From: Chitinophaga pinensis
GTDB taxonomy: Bacteria; Bacteroidota; Bacteroidia; Chitinophagales; UBA10324
Direction of reading: 5' to 3'
NCBI GenBank assembly: GCA_945903305.1
Contig: CAMDOA010000003.1
Location: 2,325-66,324 of the forward strand
DNA: 64,000 nucleotides
Position numbers and translations under genes: made by a program. Under the pieces are notes generated by a model that worked only from the letters and a program-made list of their open reading frames with translations, was not told the origin of the DNA and ran no database searches. Below, piece after piece: positions 19,269 through 29,070 of the stretch. How positions within the stretch are numbered: the first letter of the stretch is position 1; each line of letters starts with the position of its first letter.

Positions 19269-21191
19269 TCAACTAATCAACTTTGTATTCCTTACATCCA
19301 ACTCTTCATAAATTGAATTGTTGCTGATATACTCTGGAACAATTTGTTTCATCTTGCTCACGATGGCATTGTTGTTTTGTTTGTCGAAGAGAGAAATAAG
19401 TATTTTAACTTCATTGCTTGCTTCTTCAAATTCATACTCACGCACTTTTGCAATTAATATTTTCGGGTGGTGTGTTGGAATGGTGTTCTCGGCATTCGCT
19501 AAAAGTTCTTCGTATAATTTTTCTCCCGGTCGCAATCCTGATATTTCAATCTTGATGTCTTTATCCAATTGCAATCCGCTCAGTTGAATCATCTTTTTTG
19601 CGAGGTCAATAATTTTCACCGGCTCACCCATATCGAAAATAAAAATCTCGCCACCCTTTCCCATTGCACCTGCTTCAAGCACTAACTGACACGCTTCAGG
19701 TATAGTCATAAAGAATCTCGTAATCTCAGGGTCAGTAACTGTAATTGGTCCACCTGATTCTATCTGCTGACGAAAGCGCGGAATCACCGAACCGTTGGAG
19801 CCAAGTACATTTCCAAAACGAGTAGTGATGAAGTGCGTTGCTTTTTCTCCGTGTTCAGAAAATAATTTTCTATTGAGTGATTGCACATAAATTTCAGCAA
19901 TGCGCTTTGATGCTCCCATCACATTGGTCGGATTCACAGCTTTGTCGGTACTCACGAGTACAAAAACTTCAACTCCATATTTAACAGCAAGGTCGGCGCA
20001 GTTTTTTGTTCCGAGCACATTAGTTAGTACTGATTCTGATGGATTATTTTCCATCAACGGTACATGTTTGTATGCCGCTGCATGATAAACCAATTCAGGT
20101 TTCAATAACCGAAAAACTTTTTCCAGTCGTTCTTCCACCCGAATATCACCCAACACAATTTCAAATTTCAGTTTCTGAAAATCGTGTTGCAGTTCCAGAT
20201 CCAATTCGTGCAACGGGCTTTCGGCCTGGTCAAAACAAATAAGCAACGATGGATTGTATTGCGCCAATTGTCGTACAATTTCCTGCCCGATTGAACCTGC
20301 TGCACCGGTTACTAAAATTCGTTTTCCTTTTGTTTGCAATTCAATAATTTCTTTATCTAATTTAATTGGTTCGCGCTCCAGTAAATCTTCAATACGCACT
20401 TGCCGAATCTGATTTACACTTAACTCTCCATTAATCCATTTTGATGCCTGTGGAACTGAAAGCACTTTCACATCATATTTTAAACAAGAATCAATCACTT
20501 TGTTTTTTATTGCCTTTCGAACGGTAGTGTCACTGATAATTAACATATCAGCTTCGCCGGTTGCCAGCAATTTATCCAGATCGCGATCAATGTTCAACAC
20601 CTTCACACCCTCCAGGTTTTTTGTTTGCATGGAAGGATTGTTGTCAATAAAAGCCACTACATCATAATTTTTTTTGCGGTCTTGTTCCAATGTGCGTTTT
20701 GTAATTATACCATTGTAATCTGCTCCATAAATAATCACTGTCACTTTCGGTTTTTTCGATTTTACCACTTCTTCATAAATCGTTTTTACGGCAATGCGGT
20801 ATGCAGCCAACAAAAACATGGAGATGAAATAATCAATCAGCAGAATTGAAAACGGTACCAGGTAATTTTCCTGAAACTGAACAACAATAAAATTTAAAAT
20901 TCCAAGTGAAGCTGTACCTAAACTAATGGTTAAAAATATTCGTTGGGCATCTTCTGAACTCGTGTATTGAATCATGCCTGCATAAGTGCGAAAAAGCAAG
21001 AAGCAAACAAATCGTATAGTAAATAGTGAAACTACGGCTCTGAAAATTAACGGTTGTTCATTCTCGGGCAATGAAAAATTAAACCGCAACTGATAAGCGA
21101 GAATAAGAGAGATAATGACAATTAAACAATCAACAGCAAGCACCGCCCAATGGGTCCATAATGATTTAAGATTGATTTGTTGCAAATTCAT
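19269..21191 (-). CDS. Membrane-anchored polysaccharide biosynthesis protein CapD/PglF/WbpM type (UDP-HexNAc 4,6-dehydratase)
   Basis: 640 aa. Four N-terminal TM helices are followed by a Rossmann motif ILVTGAAGSIGQE and an SDR dehydratase core (VLVSTDKAVNPTNVMGASKR). Confidence 0.85.
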   Translation of the reverse strand: MNLQQINLKSLWTHWAVLAVDCLIVIISLILAYQLRFNFSLPENEQPLIFRAVVSLFTIRFVCFLLFRTYAGMIQYTSSEDAQRIFLTISLGTASLGILNFIVVQFQENYLVPFSILLIDYFISMFLLAAYRIAVKTIYEEVVKSKKPKVTVIIYGADYNGIITKRTLEQDRKKNYDVVAFIDNNPSMQTKNLEGVKVLNIDRDLDKLLATGEADMLIISDTTVRKAIKNKVIDSCLKYDVKVLSVPQASKWINGELSVNQIRQVRIEDLLEREPIKLDKEIIELQTKGKRILVTGAAGSIGQEIVRQLAQYNPSLLICFDQAESPLHELDLELQHDFQKLKFEIVLGDIRVEERLEKVFRLLKPELVYHAAAYKHVPLMENNPSESVLTNVLGTKNCADLAVKYGVEVFVLVSTDKAVNPTNVMGASKRIAEIYVQSLNRKLFSEHGEKATHFITTRFGNVLGSNGSVIPRFRQQIESGGPITVTDPEITRFFMTIPEACQLVLEAGAMGKGGEIFIFDMGEPVKIIDLAKKMIQLSGLQLDKDIKIEISGLRPGEKLYEELLANAENTIPTHHPKILIAKVREYEFEEASNEVKILISLFDKQNNNAIVSKMKQIVPEYISNNSIYEELDVRNTKLIS

Positions 21192-21244
21192 TTATCCGAT
21201 AAAAATATTTAAAACCTTATGAAAACAATTTTTTTCTGCACTTG

Positions 21245-21904
21245 CTACTTTTTAATAACAGCTATGAGGTGTGTTCTTAAAAACGAAAACACATTAAACA
21301 ATGGATACAAAATTCCAACTCTTCGTCCGATTGGAGGGGCAAGAGTTACTTTTTTAAACCATTTGTTTTTTGTTTCTGGAAATAATTTTTCAATTTCTTG
21401 TCTGCCAACTCTTTTTACATCTGCATTGTTCGGGTTATTAAAAGTGAAATCATACCATAAAATAATTCCTCCGGGTTTTAACAGCCGCCACATTTTTTCA
21501 GCTAATTGTTTTTTAAATCCATCATCAAGTATGGAAGTGAAAACAGTGGATTGAAAAATCAAATCATATTTCTGATTTTCATCAATCAATAAAGCATCGC
21601 CGGGAATCACTTGTGCGAACGGACAATTCCTTTTCAAATCTGCAACCCGGTCTTCAAGTAATTCGTTTGCAGTTATATTTTCCCATCGAATACCGGCTTC
21701 ATTAAAAATAAACAAATTGCTTCCGTTGCCGGCACCAATTTCAAGCATTTCAATTTCCGCTAAGTTATTGAAATGACTTTTGAGAATTTGCTGATACACT
21801 TGTTCTCTTTCCTTCACCACAAAATGAACAAATGATTTCACATCAGCCGATTCAAATCTTTTTCGCCGTTCATATCTCTGCTTTATCAAATCGGTTTCTT
21901 CCAT
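21245..21904 (-). CDS. Class I SAM-dependent methyltransferase
   Basis: SAM-binding motif I MLEIGAGNGSNL and an acidic loop. Length is 219 aa. Confidence 0.7.
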   Translation of the reverse strand: MEETDLIKQRYERRKRFESADVKSFVHFVVKEREQVYQQILKSHFNNLAEIEMLEIGAGNGSNLFIFNEAGIRWENITANELLEDRVADLKRNCPFAQVIPGDALLIDENQKYDLIFQSTVFTSILDDGFKKQLAEKMWRLLKPGGIILWYDFTFNNPNNADVKRVGRQEIEKLFPETKNKWFKKVTLAPPIGRRVGILYPLFNVFSFLRTHLIAVIKK

Positions 21905-21915
21905 TGGAAATAATT

Positions 21916-22506
21916 TTATTTCAAGGTTTTAAATACTGTTCGCAAAATGATTTTTAAGTCACCCGCAAAACTTCTGTGAGATAAATATTCCAGATTCATT
22001 TTCAATTTAGCTAGCATAATAATTTCGATGTATGCTTTTTCTGCATCATCATATTTTGAAAGAATTTCATTTTCATTCGAATAATGTATCGAAGCATTAT
22101 CAGTAATACCTGGCCGCACATTCAAAACTTTTTTCTGTTCATCAGAATATAAATCAACATACTTTTTTACTTCAGGCCGTGGTCCTACAAAACTCATATC
22201 GCCCAACAGCACATTCAGCAATTGTGGTAACTCATCCAATTTATACTTGCGCAGATAGAAACCAATTTTTGTAACCCTTGAATCTCTTCTTCCCACCGTG
22301 AGCAATCCTTTCTTATCTGAATCAGGTTTCATGGTTCTGAATTTTATTATTCCGAACGGTATAAAATTTTTTCCAACTCTTGTTTGAATATAAAATGTTC
22401 CTCCTTTCGAATCAAAAATTACCAGCAAAGCAATGACCATTAACAATGGCGAGAGAATAATTAACGCAACAAGTGAAACTATAAAATCGAAACTGCGCTT
22501 TAACAT
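21916..22506 (-). CDS. Small monotopic phosphoglycosyl (sugar) transferase, PglC/WcfS-like
   Basis: 196 aa. One N-terminal re-entrant helix is followed by KFRTM, DELPQL and SFVGPRP motifs of the bacterial sugar transferase family. Confidence 0.85.
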   Translation of the reverse strand: MLKRSFDFIVSLVALIILSPLLMVIALLVIFDSKGGTFYIQTRVGKNFIPFGIIKFRTMKPDSDKKGLLTVGRRDSRVTKIGFYLRKYKLDELPQLLNVLLGDMSFVGPRPEVKKYVDLYSDEQKKVLNVRPGITDNASIHYSNENEILSKYDDAEKAYIEIIMLAKLKMNLEYLSHRSFAGDLKIILRTVFKTLK

Positions 22507-22507
22507 T

Positions 22508-23722
22508 TTATTTTTCAGCTAAAACCTGTTCAACTGATTCAATAACAGTTTTCGAAACAAAATCGACCTGCTCGCTTGAGAGATTGAAATAAACAGGCAA
22601 TGAAATTTCTCTTGCATAATTATCATAAGCAATCGGATAATCTTCCATTTTATAACCAAGCGATTTATAAAAACTCAACAACGGCAGTGGCTTGAAATGG
22701 ACATTGACCGAAACATCTTTATCGCTTATCAATTGAATAATTTTATTTCGTTGCTGTTCAGAAATATTTTTTACCCGAAGCAAAAACAAATGATAAGAGC
22801 TTTCAGAATTATCCGTTTTAAAAACCGGCAATTGCGCCCATTCATTTTTAGAAAAGTGATTGATGTATTGGTGAAAAATTTCTTTCCTCCGGGGTAAAGT
22901 TTCTGAATCGTATCGTTCGAGTTCAACCAATCCAATTGCAGCGAGAATATCGGGCATGTTCCATTTATATCCTGCTTCCACAACATCATATTCCCAACTT
23001 CCTTTCTGCATTTTCGCCAGTGCATCTTTGTTCTGTCCATGTAATGATTTTATACAAAGCGCCTGATATATTTTTTCATTGCTGAATGGCGCAGGCAAAT
23101 TCAAACACACGGCTCCACCTTCAGCGGTAGTTAAATTTTTCACAGCGTGAAACGAGAATACACTTGCGTCGGAATCTGAACCCACTTTTTTCCCATTATA
23201 AAAAGCACCAATCGAGTGCGCAGTATCACATAAAACTAAAATTCGTCCAAGTCCTTTTTGAATTTCATTTTCGGCTTTAAACATCGATGCGCTTCCTTTT
23301 GCCAGATTCATAATAGAATCATAATCGCATGGAAGACCGCCAATGTCAACCGGTATAATGACTTTAGTGTGTGGAGTAACGGCATCGGCAATTCGTTGCA
23401 TTGAAATATTAAAATCAATGGCATTTACATCAACCAGAATTGGTTTTGCTCCGCAATGAATCACTACATTGGCGGTGGCAGAATAAGTATAAGCGGGAAG
23501 AATTACTTCATCACCTTCCTTCACACCAAACCAGCGAAGGATAATTTCCAAACCAGCAGTTGCTGAATTCAGGCAAAGTGCATTTTGCACTCCTGCATAT
23601 TCAGCAATTTGTTTTTCAAATTTTTTTGTTCGCGGTCCAGTGGTAATCCAACCTGATTGTAAGGCGGCTACAACTTCGTCAATAATTTTCTGATCAATTC
23701 GGGGCGGTGAAAACGGAATCAT
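22508..23722 (-). CDS. DegT/DnrJ/EryC1/StrS-family PLP aminotransferase (sugar 4-aminotransferase, PglE/WcfR-like)
   Basis: The N-terminus IPFSPPRIDQKIIDEVVAALQSGWITTGPRTKKFE is typical of the family, and SFHAVKNLTTAEGG carries the PLP lysine context. The ORF-track start at 23746 is TTG; the ATG is at 23722. Confidence 0.85.
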   Translation of the reverse strand: MIPFSPPRIDQKIIDEVVAALQSGWITTGPRTKKFEKQIAEYAGVQNALCLNSATAGLEIILRWFGVKEGDEVILPAYTYSATANVVIHCGAKPILVDVNAIDFNISMQRIADAVTPHTKVIIPVDIGGLPCDYDSIMNLAKGSASMFKAENEIQKGLGRILVLCDTAHSIGAFYNGKKVGSDSDASVFSFHAVKNLTTAEGGAVCLNLPAPFSNEKIYQALCIKSLHGQNKDALAKMQKGSWEYDVVEAGYKWNMPDILAAIGLVELERYDSETLPRRKEIFHQYINHFSKNEWAQLPVFKTDNSESSYHLFLLRVKNISEQQRNKIIQLISDKDVSVNVHFKPLPLLSFYKSLGYKMEDYPIAYDNYAREISLPVYFNLSSEQVDFVSKTVIESVEQVLAEK

Positions 23723-23790
23723 TTTATATTTTTTATCAGGTCGCAAAAATGCTTAATAAAATTTTAGTTCATAAATATTCAATTCGATGA

Positions 23791-25050
23791 ATGGTAAGCA
23801 TTTACTTTTGGCAACTTTCAATACAAATGCTTCTTTCAAAAGAATTAAACGATAAGCTTACTTATTATCTGTTGCTTGCATTTGCATTTTCATTTCCCTT
23901 TGGAAATTTTTACGGAACTGTTATTATTATTTTACTTTCTGTGCTATGGTTATTGAATGGAAATATTTCTTCAAAAATTAAGAGGGCATTTACTCATCCG
24001 TTGTTTATCACTTACACATTGTTGTTTCTGATTCAGTTTGTATGGCTTTTTAATACTGAAGATTTTGACCGGGCATTTTATCTGATTAACTGCAATGCAT
24101 CCATGTTTGTTTTGCCTTTGTTGTTTCTGACCTTTGATAATGAACGGCTTAAAATAAACGGAAGAAATATTCTGATTGCATTAATTGCCGGATGTTTTAC
24201 CATTTCAATTGTAACATTGGCAAGAGGGATATATCGATACGAAACAACAGGCGATTGGGAAATGCTTTTTTACAGTAAGCTCACCCAAAATTTTTATCAT
24301 CCTGGATTTATGTCCATACATTTTTCAGTTTGTATTATGGTTTTGCTGTTTGATATTATCGGAATTGAAAAAAATTTTTCAGAAGGAAGAATTTTACTTA
24401 AATCAATTATCACCGGTTGGTTTATTTTATTTCTGATTTTACTATCTACAAAAATCGGATTGATTGCGCTTTCTTTGATTTTATTGATTTCAATTTCATT
24501 TGGTTTAATTAAAGTAAAGAATAATCTGTTTCGGGTTACTGTCCTTTTAATTCCTGTATTGTTAAGCTGGCTCATTTATAAATCTGAAATTGGAACTAGA
24601 ATTGAAAATTCTATTCGTGCATTAACATCAAAAGATAACCTAAACACTAATGAAGAATCTACCGCGCTAAGAATCACGGCCCTAAAAACAACTGCAGAAA
24701 TAATTAAAAATAATTGGTTGCTTGGAGTTGGCACAGGAGATGTGTGGCCGGATTTAAGACGATATTATTTTGTGGAAGGCAAATCAGCCTGTCTGAAAGA
24801 AAGGGTAATTCCTCACAATCAATATCTGAACAGTTTTGCTAAGCATGGAATTATTGGAATTTCTGTTTTGCTCCTGCTTCTGATTTTTCCGCTGATAAAA
24901 TCGTTCAATCAAAAATATTGGTCTGGATTTTTGTTTATGCTTTTGATTACTTTGAATTGCGGAGTAGAAGATGTTTTTGAAGTACAGAATGGGGTGGTGT
25001 TCACCAGTTTTTTTTATTCGTATTTTTTTATTTTGAAGCGGAATACCTGA
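23791..25050 (+). CDS. O-antigen ligase / Wzy_C-domain polytopic membrane protein
   Basis: About 10 TM helices with a Wzy_C-like loop (GVGTGDVW .. PHNQYLNSFAKHGIIG). It is the only plus-strand gene inside the polysaccharide locus. An alternative start is the ATG at 23827. Confidence 0.65.
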   Translation: MVSIYFWQLSIQMLLSKELNDKLTYYLLLAFAFSFPFGNFYGTVIIILLSVLWLLNGNISSKIKRAFTHPLFITYTLLFLIQFVWLFNTEDFDRAFYLINCNASMFVLPLLFLTFDNERLKINGRNILIALIAGCFTISIVTLARGIYRYETTGDWEMLFYSKLTQNFYHPGFMSIHFSVCIMVLLFDIIGIEKNFSEGRILLKSIITGWFILFLILLSTKIGLIALSLILLISISFGLIKVKNNLFRVTVLLIPVLLSWLIYKSEIGTRIENSIRALTSKDNLNTNEESTALRITALKTTAEIIKNNWLLGVGTGDVWPDLRRYYFVEGKSACLKERVIPHNQYLNSFAKHGIIGISVLLLLLIFPLIKSFNQKYWSGFLFMLLITLNCGVEDVFEVQNGVVFTSFFYSYFFILKRNT

Positions 25051-25129
25051 TACTGCATATTTCCACAAAGGCACGAAAGCTCAAAGTTTTTGTCCTAACT
25101 TTTCTCTAATGTGAATTCGAAGTTATAAG

Positions 25130-26149
25130 TTACCTGCTCAAAGATTCATGTTTTGATGCAGATTTTTTCCGGAGCAATAAAAAATCAATTACTCCTTTTA
25201 AATATCCTGAACCATATGAAATATGAAGGAGAATAAATGCAAAAACAATTTGAAAAATATTTTTCTTCTGCTTGTTTAAAATAAAAGCTGCAAGGAGAGC
25301 ACAAAGAATATAGGTGACAAGCGAACTTATGTAGAACCACAAAAAATAATAAGAAACAAAACTCAGAACAAACCCGGCTATGAGACACAACACAAACAAA
25401 AACGGAATCAGTTGCCGCATGGTCGTTACCATTCTATGCTTACGATTGACAAACACTTTCCAGTAACCGTATTGAAAATACTGACTCCATAATTTCTTCC
25501 AGCTGCCCCGCACAAAGTATTTTATGGAAGTATCGGTAGCAAGCCATATTTTTTTTCCTGCCTTGGTTAACCGGTAATTGAATTCATCATCCTGATTGCG
25601 GGTCAGCTCTTCGTCGAACAATCCAATCAATGAAAAAACTTCCTTGCGATATGCACCAAATGCAACGGTGTCAACATATCCTTCCCTGGCTCCGGTTCTG
25701 AAGTGCGCGCTTCCAACTCCAAAAGGAGAGGTCATGGCGAGCGAAATAATTTCGCCGGTCTCATCCTTTGATTCATTTTTTAAAACTCCGCCGCAGCACC
25801 ACACCTCTTGTTTTTCATTTAAAACAGATATGCAAGTGTGTAAATAATTTCCATGCATTTCGGCATGCGCTCCTAGAATAATAATCACATCACCGGTCGA
25901 ATTCTTTATTCCAAGGTTGAGAGCATAAGGAGTGGTTCGTTTTTCATTCGACAGTATTTTCAACTGGGGGTTTTTATAAGTAAAATTTTTCAGCAATTCA
26001 TAGGTTCCATCGTCGCTCATTCCATCACAAACAATTACTTCCATTTTTTCATGCGGATAATTATTGTGCAATACCGACTGAACACAGGAAATGATGTAAT
26101 CTTTTTCATTTCTGCATGGAATAATAATTGATACAACCGGCTCAATCAT
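25130..26149 (-). CDS. Family 2 glycosyltransferase with a C-terminal membrane anchor
   Basis: VSIIIPCRNE .. DGMSDDGT .. a QDDEF (DxD-like/ED) motif typical of GT2. Three C-terminal TM helices follow. A 4-nt overlap with the wecB stop suggests translational coupling. Confidence 0.8.
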   Translation of the reverse strand: MIEPVVSIIIPCRNEKDYIISCVQSVLHNNYPHEKMEVIVCDGMSDDGTYELLKNFTYKNPQLKILSNEKRTTPYALNLGIKNSTGDVIIILGAHAEMHGNYLHTCISVLNEKQEVWCCGGVLKNESKDETGEIISLAMTSPFGVGSAHFRTGAREGYVDTVAFGAYRKEVFSLIGLFDEELTRNQDDEFNYRLTKAGKKIWLATDTSIKYFVRGSWKKLWSQYFQYGYWKVFVNRKHRMVTTMRQLIPFLFVLCLIAGFVLSFVSYYFLWFYISSLVTYILCALLAAFILNKQKKNIFQIVFAFILLHISYGSGYLKGVIDFLLLRKKSASKHESLSR

Positions 26150-27219
26150 GCTGTCAATAATGTTTCAACAATAACAGCACTTGCCTTACCATTTCCATAC
26201 AAATTAATGTTGAAATCAGATTTTTTATTCCGGAAATATTCAAATGCATTTTGAATTTTCAATTCATCAGATCCTGCAACCAATGCAAATCCCTTCTCAA
26301 CCAATTCCACCCACTCCGTTTGTTCGCGAAGCGTGATGCAATGTTTTTGAAAAAAGAAAGCTTCCTTCTGCAATCCTCCGCTGTCGGTCATTACCAGCGA
26401 ACAGTGTTTTAATAATTCAATCATATCGAAATATCCAACGGGGTCGGTGATTTTGAATTCCGCTTGTAAATTATGTTGCGCAAGAATTTTTTTTGTGCGT
26501 GGATGCAACGGAACCACCACCGGAATTTCAGCATTTATTTTATTCAATGCATTTATTAATCGTTGCAAAACATTTATGTCATTTGTGTTTTCTTCTCTGT
26601 GCAAAGTGGCTAAAACAAATTTTTTCAGGTTGAGATAAGAAATAATTTTTGATTGTTGCTCCGATGTTTTTGCATAATATAGGGCAGCATCCTGCATTAC
26701 ATCTCCATTCTTCACAATCTGTGTCGGATAATTTTTGAATCCTTCTGCCTCCAGGTTTTTTATTGCAGTATCAGTCGGAACAAAAAGAATGGTTGACATT
26801 CTATCAGTGAGAATTCGGTTTATCTCTTCCGGCATTTTGTAATTAAAACTTCGCAATCCTGCTTCCACATGCGCTACTTTGATATGCAATTTACTTGCAG
26901 CCAATGCTCCTGCAAGTGTTGAATTTGTATCGCCATACACCATTACCCAATCTGGTTTTTCTTCCAACAAAATCTTTTCGATTCCTTCCAGCATTTGCCC
27001 GGTCATGGCGCCGTGCGAAAGCCCGTTGATGTTTAAGTTGTAAGCAGGCTTTGGAATTTCCATTTCACGAAAAAATATTTCGCTCATGTTATCATCAAAG
27101 TGCTGACCGGTGTGAATAATAATTTCATTCAGTGCTAAATGTTTTTTCAGTTCACGGCTTACAGCAGCCGCTTTTATAAATTGTGGTCTTGCTCCGATAA
27201 TGGTGACTATTTTTTTCAA
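26146..27219 (-). CDS. wecB: UDP-N-acetylglucosamine 2-epimerase (non-hydrolysing)
   Basis: MKKIVTIIGARPQFIKAA, GDTNSTLAGALAA, HVEAGLRSF and DSGGLQKEA are family hallmarks. A TTG start gives the canonical N-terminus. Confidence 0.9.
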   Translation of the reverse strand: MKKIVTIIGARPQFIKAAAVSRELKKHLALNEIIIHTGQHFDDNMSEIFFREMEIPKPAYNLNINGLSHGAMTGQMLEGIEKILLEEKPDWVMVYGDTNSTLAGALAASKLHIKVAHVEAGLRSFNYKMPEEINRILTDRMSTILFVPTDTAIKNLEAEGFKNYPTQIVKNGDVMQDAALYYAKTSEQQSKIISYLNLKKFVLATLHREENTNDINVLQRLINALNKINAEIPVVVPLHPRTKKILAQHNLQAEFKITDPVGYFDMIELLKHCSLVMTDSGGLQKEAFFFQKHCITLREQTEWVELVEKGFALVAGSDELKIQNAFEYFRNKKSDFNINLYGNGKASAVIVETLLTA

Positions 27220-27231
27220 AAGATTATTTGC

Positions 27232-29067
27232 TTAGTGATTGAAATGTTGTTTCATCCATTTTTCGAAAATGAATGTGCGGAAAATTAATGAATAGTCAGT
27301 GTTTGATTTTCCATTCAGGAAATCCTGGTAGTAATTCAGAAATTTTTCTTTGTTAATTATCCCTTGTTCGTGAAGCAGCGAATGAGTGAATTCATTTTTT
27401 ACCATTTCTGTTAATTGCGTCTTTAACCATATTTCTTCGGGTGTGATAAATCCTTTTTTATCTCTTCTCCAACGAATAGAATCTGGCAATTCAGTCATCG
27501 ATTTACGAAGAATATACTTTGTCCATCCGTTTTTCATTTTCATATTTAATGGAATGCTTAATAAAAAATTCACCAACCGATGATCGAGAAAAGGCAATCG
27601 CGATTCAATGGAAGCGGCCATGGAATTTCGGTCTTCATAATGCGTAAGCACGGGTACACTGTATAAATCAATGTCTTTTTGCTGCCGTTCTACAATGGAA
27701 TGGAATTGCCATACATTTTCTGTTTCACCATTGAGCAGAATAAAATCATTTTTCTTTCCGGCAAAACCCGGCAGGTATCTTTTCATTTGATTCCACTCCA
27801 ATTGCATGAGAACGGTGCGATTGATAAGAGAAGAAAGAATTTCCTTGGCAATCAAATCCCACCTTCCGTTTCGTTTATAATTCTGAAGGTTGAAGAAAAA
27901 ATATTTGAGGTAGCCCATCATAATTTCATCACCACCTTGTCCGCACAAAATCACTTTGATGTCATGTTCATTTTTTATCTGTTGAAACATGAGGTACTGC
28001 GCTACAATGCTGAACGATCCGAATGGTTCATCCTGATGAAATAAAACTTTATCAATGTGTTCAGGAATTTGTGAAGACTGAAATCGCAATTTTGAATTGA
28101 GAATGTGATTGTGCTTTACCAATTCATCAACAAAATTTTCTTCGCTGAATTTTTTGTTGTCATTCACAACAGAAAATGATTCAAACTTTCCGGGTTGAAA
28201 AGAATCAGCCAAAACCGTGATGGCAGATGAATCCAAGCCACCACTTAACAATGAACCAACCGTTACATCACTGCGCAAGCGGAGTTTCACACTGTCAACA
28301 AACAGCGAATGGAATTTTTCAATTGCATCGGATTCATTCGTTACAGCTGCATTCAATTCATAATCCCAATATTTTTCTTCGTTAAACTTTCCGGTTGTTA
28401 AATCAATGATGAGCGAATGTTTTGCACCTGCTTTTTTTATTCCTTCAAAAAAAGTTTCGTTGGTGTGTTCCTGTAATTGCTGTTGCAAAAACTGATAGGC
28501 TAATTGTTTTTGCAATTTTTTCTCAGATAAAAAAGGCAGCAGTTGTTTTATTTCACTGCCGAAATACCAGTTACCATTTTGCTGTAAATAATAAAGTGGT
28601 TTAATAGAAAACCGGTCGCGCGAACAAATCACTTTCTGATTTTTCAAATCAACCAACACAAAAGCCCACATGCCATTGAAGTTGGTGAAACCTTTCATGC
28701 CATATTGCTGGTAGGTGCGCAGTATAACTTCTGTATCGCTTCCGGTTGAAAATTGATGTCCTATTTTTTTTAATTCATCGCGCAACTCCACATAATTAAA
28801 AATCTCGCCGTTGAATACGATGTAGCAATCATCGCGCTGCATGGGTTGATTTCCATCAGCACTCAAATCAATAATGGACAAGCGACGATGCCCAAGAAAA
28901 ATATTGAACTGGTTATTGTCAGCTTGTGATGTTGTAGAATCCATTGCAAGCAATCCTTGCGAATCGGGCCCACGGTAACTGACTAATTCGGTTGCACCTG
29001 AAAATTTTTTATAATCAGAAGCATCAAAAATTTTTTCAGAACTGACGGCAGCAAAAATTCCACACAT
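27232..29067 (-). CDS. Asparagine synthase (glutamine-hydrolysing) family amidotransferase, polysaccharide-locus type
   Basis: MCGIF is the N-terminal nucleophile Cys, and SGGLDSS is the PP-loop. Length is 611 aa, and the gene is embedded between glycosyltransferases. Confidence 0.85.
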   Translation of the reverse strand: MCGIFAAVSSEKIFDASDYKKFSGATELVSYRGPDSQGLLAMDSTTSQADNNQFNIFLGHRRLSIIDLSADGNQPMQRDDCYIVFNGEIFNYVELRDELKKIGHQFSTGSDTEVILRTYQQYGMKGFTNFNGMWAFVLVDLKNQKVICSRDRFSIKPLYYLQQNGNWYFGSEIKQLLPFLSEKKLQKQLAYQFLQQQLQEHTNETFFEGIKKAGAKHSLIIDLTTGKFNEEKYWDYELNAAVTNESDAIEKFHSLFVDSVKLRLRSDVTVGSLLSGGLDSSAITVLADSFQPGKFESFSVVNDNKKFSEENFVDELVKHNHILNSKLRFQSSQIPEHIDKVLFHQDEPFGSFSIVAQYLMFQQIKNEHDIKVILCGQGGDEIMMGYLKYFFFNLQNYKRNGRWDLIAKEILSSLINRTVLMQLEWNQMKRYLPGFAGKKNDFILLNGETENVWQFHSIVERQQKDIDLYSVPVLTHYEDRNSMAASIESRLPFLDHRLVNFLLSIPLNMKMKNGWTKYILRKSMTELPDSIRWRRDKKGFITPEEIWLKTQLTEMVKNEFTHSLLHEQGIINKEKFLNYYQDFLNGKSNTDYSLIFRTFIFEKWMKQHFNH

Positions 29068-29070
29068 ATA

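Noticed and set aside
21219-21554. The plus-strand 111-aa ORF overlapping the methyltransferase gene.
   Set aside because: It is antisense to a gene with a clear SAM-binding motif, and its sequence is hydrophobic and low-complexity with no motifs.
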